From: Eledone cirrhosa
Taxonomy: Eukaryota
NCBI GenBank assembly: GCA_964016885.1
Contig: OZ024743.1
Span: 68,324,001-68,388,000 of the forward strand
Length of the DNA: 64,000 bases
Direction of reading: 5' to 3'
The position numbers were made by a program, and so were the translations under genes. Each line of letters opens with the position of its first letter. The stretch's first letter is position 1. A model generated the notes under the pieces. That model was given only the letters and a program-made list of their open reading frames with translations. It was not told where the DNA came from and did not search any database. Shown here piece by piece: positions 55,455 through 64,000 of the stretch.

Positions 55455-55907
55455 ATCACAATTAGCAGCAGCAGCCTTTTACATCCGCTTTCCACGCTAT
55501 CACTGGTTGCTTAAGTTATTGGGCCAAGACGATTCAGCTCGGAAAGAAGTCATCCTGCTCATGCATTCCATGTTTTGCATGGTTTATACGGATGGAAACC
55601 CTTCTTAAGACCAACCAACTACCAACTGCCTTTCATTCACTTTTAGTGTCGCAGTGACTGCCATGACATCCAAACGCAAATGAACACAATATTAGTAGAT
55701 TACTATTAATAATAATTGAGAAAATCGGGTAAAATCACATTGGAGAGGCGGAACGTGAACAGAGGTGACTGCACCGATTCGTACCCTGTTGCTGTTAAAA
55801 AAGTTTACTAGCAATTATTTCGAGTAATCAACTATCACTATGGGCACTTGTGTTGATACGTTTACATTACACATTTAGAAAATGTTCACAATGCTGCTTA
55901 AGAAACA

Positions 55908-55950
<43 letters not shown>

Positions 55951-55954
<4 letters not shown>

Positions 55955-56140
55955 CCTCCATCTCAACTCACCCTTTGAAAAGCAGAAGAACTGCGAAACC
56001 GGTAAAGGAACCAAATAAATATATATATTTAAAAAAAAAATAAGACTTCAGTTGCATTTTCGATTTCATCCCTTTTTCTTTATACTTCCACTCGTGTAGG
56101 ACACCTCGGTTATTTTTCATTTTGTAAAGAAAAACCTCAC

Positions 56141-56146
<6 letters not shown>
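55951..56146 (+). mobile_element. 8503-type PLE 3' end with a U3-A8 HHR at 55971-56008
   Basis: CCCU-UUGAAAA-GCAG(AAGAA)CUGC-GAAACCGGUA^AAGG; (TA)n flanks. Confidence 0.8.
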
Positions 56147-56210
<64 letters not shown>

Positions 56211-56216
<6 letters not shown>

Positions 56217-57299
56217 ATTAGAAACACACAGATACATGCGGACACACACATATATACATGAATGCATCCGCACCCAACTGTGAGTTAAGGGTGCCAACTT
56301 CACCGATGTTGCTCAATGAATGACTGGGACAGACCAATTCAGTTGAACTAGACTGAACCAGTATCAGAGTTAAAAATACATTATGAAGAGAGAAGAAACA
56401 TTTAGATATAATTAGTAATAAAATGTATCATACCTAAACTGCTCCTAAATTCCTCGACTACGTAGTTTCGTGGCATAAACAAAAACAATATATCATAAAG
56501 ACATAGAGTCCTTGCGAGGTCTGCCGACTTATCAAGAGGATACCTCATTTTACTAGTCTCAAGAACGCGTCTACACGACGTGAGAAAGAATCCCAAAAGG
56601 CGGAGGGGGAGATAGTCACGCGATATAACGGTCGAGAAACAGAGCCAAGCCTCTTATAACCCCGAAGAAAATACCACGGAGGCGGAGGGGGTATTTATAT
56701 CGAGGCCGTAGAAGAGGTGGTGAAGAAGGCGAGAAGTATGAGTAATGGAAGCCTTCCAGCTGTCCCCACACTTCAAAGATTGCTCGACCAGAGGGAGTTA
56801 TTAACAATATAATTAGAAACACACAGATACATGCAGACACACACATATATACATGAATGCATCCGCACCCAACTGTGAGTTAACTCCCTCTGGTCGAGCA
56901 ATCTTTGAAGTGTGGGGACAGCTGGAAGGCTTCCATTACTCATACTTCTCGCCTTCTTCACCACCTCTTCTACGGCCTCGATATAAATACCCCCTCCGCC
57001 TCCGTGGTATTTTCTTCGGGGTTATAAGAGGCTTGGCTCTGTTTCTCGACCGTTATATCGCGTGACTATCTCCCCCTCCGCCTTTTGGGATTCTTTCTCA
57101 CGTCGTGTAGACGCGTTCTTGAGACTAGTAAAATGAGGTATCCTCTTGATAAGTCGGCAGACCTCGCAAGGACTCTATGTCTTTATGATATATTGTTTTT
57201 GTTTATGCCACGAAACTACGTAGTCGAGGAATTTAGGAGCAGTTTAGGTATGATACATTTTATTACTAATTATATCTAAATGTTTCTTCTCTCTTCATA

Positions 57300-57304
<5 letters not shown>
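56211..57304. mobile_element. Fold-back element with about 424-bp arms whose spacer duplicates its own terminus
   Basis: Arms 56377-56800 and 56881-57304; spacer 56806-56883 matches 56211-56288. Confidence 0.85.
57141..57230 (+). ncRNA. Type I hammerhead ribozyme, U3-A8 variant (inverted copy at 56451-56540)
   Basis: UCCUC-UUGAUAA-GUCGGCA[long loop]UGCCAC-GAA-ACUACGUAGU-C^GAGGA. Confidence 0.8.
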
Positions 57305-57340
<36 letters not shown>

Positions 57341-57341
<1 letters not shown>

Positions 57342-57542
57342 CGGAGGAAATGTGGTAAGGAACCGGGTGGACCATAACGCACCAAAGTACTCAATACTTA
57401 GGGTAGTAGAGTGGGTAATAGGAACGAGTAGGACCCCGACGGCTGAGCTCAAGCTGTTTCGACGGCTAATTCTGGACTGAATTAGCCGTCCAGAATTAGC
57501 CGTCGAAACGGCTTGAGCTCAGTCGTCGGGGTCCTACTCGTT

Positions 57543-57546
<4 letters not shown>
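57341..57546. mobile_element. Family D fold-back containing the 3' half of an HHR
   Basis: Arms about 57418-57477 and 57488-57546. GAAACGGC...GUCGUC^GGGG is present; the CUGANGA half is absent. Confidence 0.7.
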
Positions 57547-57598
<52 letters not shown>

Positions 57599-57602
57599 TA
57601 TA

Positions 57603-57726
<124 letters not shown>

Positions 57727-57731
57727 TATAT

Positions 57732-57852
<121 letters not shown>

Positions 57853-58083
57853 TATACGGGGTAACCAATTATTGTTATAGGTAGTCCACTTAAGTGTAGT
57901 CCAGTTATGGTACTCCGCGTAGTGGATGATATCAACGCTTGACTAAGTTTGACTCAACAAGACGTTTCCATAATGATGCTGCGAGTACGCTGTAATTCCT
58001 ATGTTGTAAACACTTGGAGTAATGATAAATCAGGAAAGAAGAGTGACACGGTTTGCTATACAAAAAAGGTTTTTAATCTCATT

Positions 58084-58189
58084 GCTGACAATTGTTTCTC
58101 TGAACTGGTAGGTCTAGAGATCGCTACCCGCTTATTTTCACGTTATTCGATCACCAATACAAAGTTATAACCAGTCAATTCATCGGAGC
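58084..58189 (-). ncRNA. Candidate HHR with U4C core and long stem II (inverted copy at 60291-60422)
   Basis: GCU-CCGAUGA-..UGACUGGU...ACCAGUUCA..-GAA-ACAAUUGU-C^AGC. Confidence 0.5.
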
Positions 58190-58965
58190 TTGTGAGAATG
58201 TAAGGAATATACAGGCATGGCTACTATATCTAGTAGTAATGGCATTCAATCAGAACAACAACAACAATACTAACAATGCTAGCAATAAATTATTTGAAAT
58301 AATCACAATATCAATCTAGGTCGGAAGTATAGTATATCTACGATTTTAGCGTGTAAAACTAGCTGACATGAGGCAGATGTATAAAATTGACATGTAAAAG
58401 CTGTCATGGGGTGTATTATATATAGTGTAAAGATAAGCCGGTGTCTTTAAACAATATAGGTCTGGTGGCCGTAAGAATCGATTATTATCTGACAGATGAA
58501 GAATTTATCACTGTAGTGAGATTTGTGTGGTCTATATTAGATGAAAGGGTTGTTTGGCTTTCTCATCATCAATAACATACATGTATAAGACAACATTAAC
58601 AGAGTAGCAATATAATGGGCAAGTTAATACAGAGGTTAAGGAGGCAATATATATATATACATACATGCACACAAATATATATATATATATATATACATAC
58701 ACGTATATACATACATATAAAGAGAAAACATGCTGACTATAATTATAACAGGAGGAAGGTAAAGTTCTGTTGTAGTAGTATTTTGAAATGTACTTGGATT
58801 TAGGTTCAAGTGCTGACAGCAGCTGAGAAGGGATACGCTTATGGGTTGATGAGGTACTTACAGACATTAGTGTGGTATAGAACTAAGAAGGCTAGAATGT
58901 ACTTAATGATTATATTTCTGTGGTGGGTCGTGCAGTGTAGTGGGTATCCTAAGTTGAAAGCTAGG

Positions 58966-59410
58966 TTACGTCGGTTCGATTAACGGAGGTTTAAATCTTG
59001 TGAATTTAGTGGTGATCCTGTGTCTGCAGAAGATAGATCTTTCTAACTTGTTGTTAAGTAGCCTTTTAACATTTCTAAGGATATACAGTAATTCTAGATC
59101 ACATAGCCTACAGTGGGAAATACCGGTACTGTAGGTATTTGCGGCCGACAACCTCGACCAGTTGATACTGTAGTTGGTGTTGTTGTCCTTAAGTTCCCAG
59201 ATTTTTTTGGCGAAGGTTGTAGAACCCATCAGTGCACGATTTTTCATCGAGTGTCTGTGTACATACCATCTTTTTTTAAAAGTACCCGCGGTGGATCCAA
59301 TGTAATGCCAAGTGGAGTTGTCTGAGTTGACCGTACACATGTACACTAGGCTCGAATCGAGGCATCTATTCGCCAATGGGCACCTATCCGGTAGATGACA
59401 GTTACAGGTT
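58966..59410 (-). pseudogene. PLE GIY-YIG endonuclease domain
   Basis: CNC..CPL..CL..SLVY...HYIGST..FKKRW..H...IWELK...CRLC..E...LN...CRH. Confidence 0.88.
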
Positions 59411-60493
59411 GAGGTGTTATTTCATGCAGCTTCTACACTGCTGTTTTGTACACTGCTATAAGTGGGTTGTGATTCATGCCCGTTGGGGTTTTGCTGATGC
59501 GTGCTTGTGTGCGCTTGCGGTTGTGATACTGTGAGGTGTTTATGCTTATAATTTGGTGCTATGTTGCACATAGATGGGGCGGATAACCTAGATATATTTC
59601 TGTGGTTGATCTTGCGTATGTGCGATTCTATATTTGCTGCCGTAGAGTATGAGAGTTTTATAGTGTTTCTATTGAGTATTTTATGATATATGTGTGAAAT
59701 AGGGAAGTGTTTATCTATTAGTTTAAAGAATGTAGAAGGCAGTCTGGTTTTTACAGAGGAGTTGAAGATTCGGTTGATTCATAGGTATTTTCTTTCTCTG
59801 ATTGTTCTATTGTTTCTAGGGTTTACATTATTGGTGTTTGGACCGCTTACTCTAGGTGCTACGTGCCTAACCCTTATGTCTAGTCCTGTTACCTCTATTT
59901 TTGTGTGAGCGGTTGGTGTAATTGTTATTAGGTTTGTTTAAGTTGTCTTTATTCGCTATATACTGCAGTTTATCTTTATGTCCAGCCCTATGTAATGCGT
60001 TATACTTACGGCCACCAGACCTATATTGTTTAAAGACACCGGCTTATCTTTACACTAGATATAATACACCCTATGACAGTTTTCACATGTCAATTTTATA
60101 CAGCTGCCTCATGTCAGCTAGTTTTACACGCTAAAATCGTAGATATACTATACTTCCCACCTAGATTGATATTGTGATTATTTCAAATAATTTATTGCTA
60201 GCATTGATAGTATTGTTGTTATTGTTCTGGTTGAATGCCATTACTACTATATATAGTAGCTATGCCTGTATATTCTTTACATTCAAACAAGCTCCGATGA
60301 ATTGACTGGTTATAACTTTGTATTGGTGATCGAATAACGTGAAAATAAGCGGGTAGCGATCTCTAGACCTACCAGTTCAGAGAAACAATTCAGAGAAACA
60401 ATTCAGAGAAACAATTGTCAGCAATGAGATTAAAAACTTTTTTTGTATAGCAAACCGTGTCACTATTCTTTCCTGATTTATATATATATATAT

Positions 60494-60801
60494 ATTATGT
60501 AATAAACAACATAAGTAATTATTCCATTTACCAGTGGTTTCTTAAAAGCAAAAGATTTTGCTTTCAATCCTCAGAATGAAAAAATCCTGGTCTGTTTATT
60601 GAATTTGGATTTTAAAATCCAAATTCAATAAACAGACCAGGATTTTTTCATTTTGAGGATTGAACGCAAAGTCTTTTGCTTTTAAGAAACCACTGGTAAA
60701 TGGAATAATTGCCTTATGTTGTTTATTACATAATAATAATTAAGCTCTGTTACCTACATAGAGCACTCGTTTTTCCTGGACTTTTCCAACGGAATTACTT
60801 C

Positions 60802-60805
<4 letters not shown>
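60494..60805. mobile_element. Spacer-less 240-bp palindrome plus tail; HHR at 60523-60580 (-) and a mutated copy at 60647-60704 (+)
   Basis: Centre at 60613/60614. UUCAUU-CUGAGGA-UUGAAAGCAAA(AUCU)UUUGCUUUUAA-GAA-ACC(ACU)GGU-A^AAUGGA. Confidence 0.85.
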
Positions 60806-60900
<95 letters not shown>

Positions 60901-61326
60901 CAGATATATTTATATCTATGAATATATTTACACATGTATATATATTTGTGTGCGTGTTTGTGTGTTTGAGAGCGCGTGTGTGTGTGTGAATATATAGTAG
61001 TCTCAAGAGTGTGTCTCGCAACAGTGTGTCCTGGCAAAAATTATTGACCAATCGGAAGTGTTTGATGAATCGTTTCAATGTCGCCCATTGTTACTTCAAA
61101 TTCCATTAGAAAACTGCATTAATCATGAACAGTAATAATTCGAAGATTTTGATTAATTTCCATTCTACTAATAAGGATATTATAAAGATATATATCAGCG
61201 CATTAATATTACATCATTTTCCCAATACTATAACAATATCGTGTGAAACTTCTGGTATTCTATATATATGTGCATGCGTGTATGCTTCTACCTATATATA
61301 ATTACATACGTATATATATATGTATG

Positions 61327-61414
<88 letters not shown>

Positions 61415-61420
<6 letters not shown>

Positions 61421-61843
61421 ATACTTCGGGAGGGTCATGTTGCCAATAAGGAACACACACACCAGTTGATTTCACTTCAATTTATTATTATAAATTAAAT
61501 TTATAAATTTATGAATTTATAAATTTATGGTTGGTTGGTTGGTTCCACAACCAGATGGTTGCTCATATATTGTCAAAGCTCTTTCGTCACACATTATGTG
61601 ACCTCTTCATTGACTGGGGATTCTTTTCTTTTCTTTGTGTGTGTGCCTCTACTTTGTTCTGTCCTACGCCATCTTGTTTGTGTGTGTGTTGTGTGGTTAG
61701 TTTGCGCATGTTTTACATCCGGGTGTCTGTGTGTGTTTATATTTGTTTGTTATTGGCAACATGACCCTCCCAAAGTATAACAATATCGGCTTCAACATAC
61801 ATTTTCAGATAAAGAATCTTGCTAAACAAATGCAGAAACGAAA
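61415..61843. mobile_element. PLE family A non-autonomous fold-back
   Basis: Same termini and tail as 1979-2515 and 26071-27003. Confidence 0.85.
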
Positions 61844-61851
61844 TATATATG

Positions 61852-61924
<73 letters not shown>

Positions 61925-62132
61925 GATTCAACGAGAATCGCATTTCGGTGGGCGGGAAAAGCAAAGCGAAACGCAAAAATCAGAAATGATACTGGAAAAG
62001 TGCTCAATAGTTAAAGACCAGAGCTAAACAATGTGTTACGAAGCCATACAAAACTGAAAAGGTGGTCAAGAAATCATTAACCACCCAAGCCAGAAACCAA
62101 ATCAAGCTAGACAGGTCAAAACAAAATAAATG

Positions 62133-62222
<90 letters not shown>

Positions 62223-62231
62223 TATGTGTAA

Positions 62232-62276
<45 letters not shown>

Positions 62277-62341
62277 AACTTTAGAGTGCTACTTACCCGA
62301 TATCTGCATTGCTTTATTGTACTACAATAAAACTCACCTCC

Positions 62342-62380
<39 letters not shown>

Positions 62381-62383
<3 letters not shown>

Positions 62384-62831
62384 AAAGTTCTATTTAAAAT
62401 TGTTGGGATACAACAAGTAAATATTTTTATAACTGATATAAAGCACTCGACAAGTATTTGGAGTAGATATACGATATTAATAAATGGAAACTATATTTAT
62501 AAAACCATATTTATTTCTTTATACATATTTCAGGGATACCAAATTAAATTATGGTATGCCTTCATGAGACAAAATACAATATATAACAGTTTTACAAATA
62601 AGCTTTGACGTACCCTTTTAAAATGCAACCATTATTTTTGGAAGCCATCTGGATAGAGAATTGTTTATATTATTTTAATAAGTCTTAGTGTTAAGGACAA
62701 TTAGAATGTATATATACTGTGAACTTTTTATAACACAAGGAATACATAGCAGTGATTAAGAGAAATCATTTTCGTTTTGTATGTCTATATTGTAGACCTG
62801 ATTAGATATAATTTCTATTTTCACGACGTGC

Positions 62832-62907
<76 letters not shown>

Positions 62908-63614
62908 CTATCTTTGCCGTAAGGTAGTGGTTTCTCTAGCAATGTCTACATTTTGGATGCTTAAACTAAAATTTTAGCATATTGATCTCAAGTTTTAAAC
63001 TAAACATATAATCATTGTTAAACAATGTTTAATTTCTCATATTATATATTTATGTCCCATTCATGAATATTAATATTTATATTTTTATTATTCATTCCAT
63101 ATAAATTGTTAACTCAACTTAATATGACATGACGTAAAGTTTTCATTATCTCCCCCTCTCTCTATATATTATTTCTCTCTCTTGAGTCTTTCTATCTGTC
63201 TGATGACTTGATATCTCTCTGTTGCTTTCCTCTGTTTTTCTTAATTCTTCCTTTTTTTTTTCTTTCTTTCCTCCTGTCTTTATTTATCTCTCTCTTTTTT
63301 TTCCATGCATTTCTCTCTCTCCGATATTTCTCCATGTTTTTTTGTTTTTTTTCTTTTTCTCTCTCCGTCTTTTTTTCTTTCTCCGTCTTTTTCTGACACT
63401 AAGACTTATTAAAATAATATAAACAATTCACTATCCAGATGGCTTCCAAACATAATGGTTGCATTTTAAAAGGGTACGTCAAAGCTTATTTGTAAAACTG
63501 TTATATATTGTATGTTGTCTGATGAAGGCATACCATAATTTTATTTGGTATCCCTGAAATATGTATAATGAAATAAATATGGTTTTATAAATATAGTTTC
63601 CATTTATTAATATC

Positions 63615-63617
<3 letters not shown>
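62381..63617. mobile_element. Family C fold-back; HHR at 63511-63575 (+), inverted copy mutated (CUCAUGA)
   Basis: Arms about 62469-62693 and 63394-63617. CUGAUGA-AGGCAUACCA..UGGUAUCCCU-GAA-AUAUGUAU-A^AUGAAAUA. Confidence 0.8.
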
Positions 63618-63653
<36 letters not shown>

Positions 63654-63873
63654 TACACGAGTGTGTATGATTGTGTATAGAAGATTAAATTAATAATAGG
63701 TATTCCAACTTTGTCTGATTTACTCGTTTTATTTACAATCCTTTAAAATTATAATGATATTATAATGAAATAGTATGGTAGAATATTAAATGTTAAGTGT
63801 TAATTGGACAAGTACTTTAATGCTTTCGCAATCTTCAGGTTCCAATTTTGTGGTGACATTCAAGTATATACAC

Positions 63874-63998
<125 letters not shown>

Positions 63999-64000
63999 TA

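Larger units (their letters stand above)
57860..60479 (-). mobile_element. Penelope-like element (Nematis-like), 5'-truncated, with an inverted pseudo-LTR
   Basis: About 58025-58475 is inverted at about 60006-60479; coding remnant runs 60004-58966. Confidence 0.85.

Noticed and set aside
55145-55514. Poly-Glu/Lys/Phe ORFs
   Set aside because: They are translations of the (GAA)n tract.

Overview
AT-rich, microsatellite-saturated eukaryotic DNA with no recognisable host exon. The Nin-type SINE and (TA)n density suggest an octopod cephalopod, which is an inference. Almost all non-microsatellite sequence is mobile DNA: several Penelope-like elements (PLE; RT plus C-terminal GIY-YIG), a young 5'-truncated RTE LINE, R4/Dong-like and possible hAT remnants, three abutting non-autonomous Helitrons, and SINEs. 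Manual folding shows a dense layer of type I hammerhead ribozymes (HHRs) in about a dozen unrelated short elements. These sit in (TA)n tracts, mostly as asymmetric fold-backs. Five unrelated families carry the covariant core UUGANAA (U3-A8 instead of C3-G8). The main highlight is a 15-copy, 559-bp tandem array (42186-50572) with a complete HHR in every unit and an inverted terminal arm, i.e. a retrozyme-like element predicted to yield self-cleaved 559-nt monomers. All ribozyme calls are by-eye folds and untested; coordinates of degraded elements are approximate.
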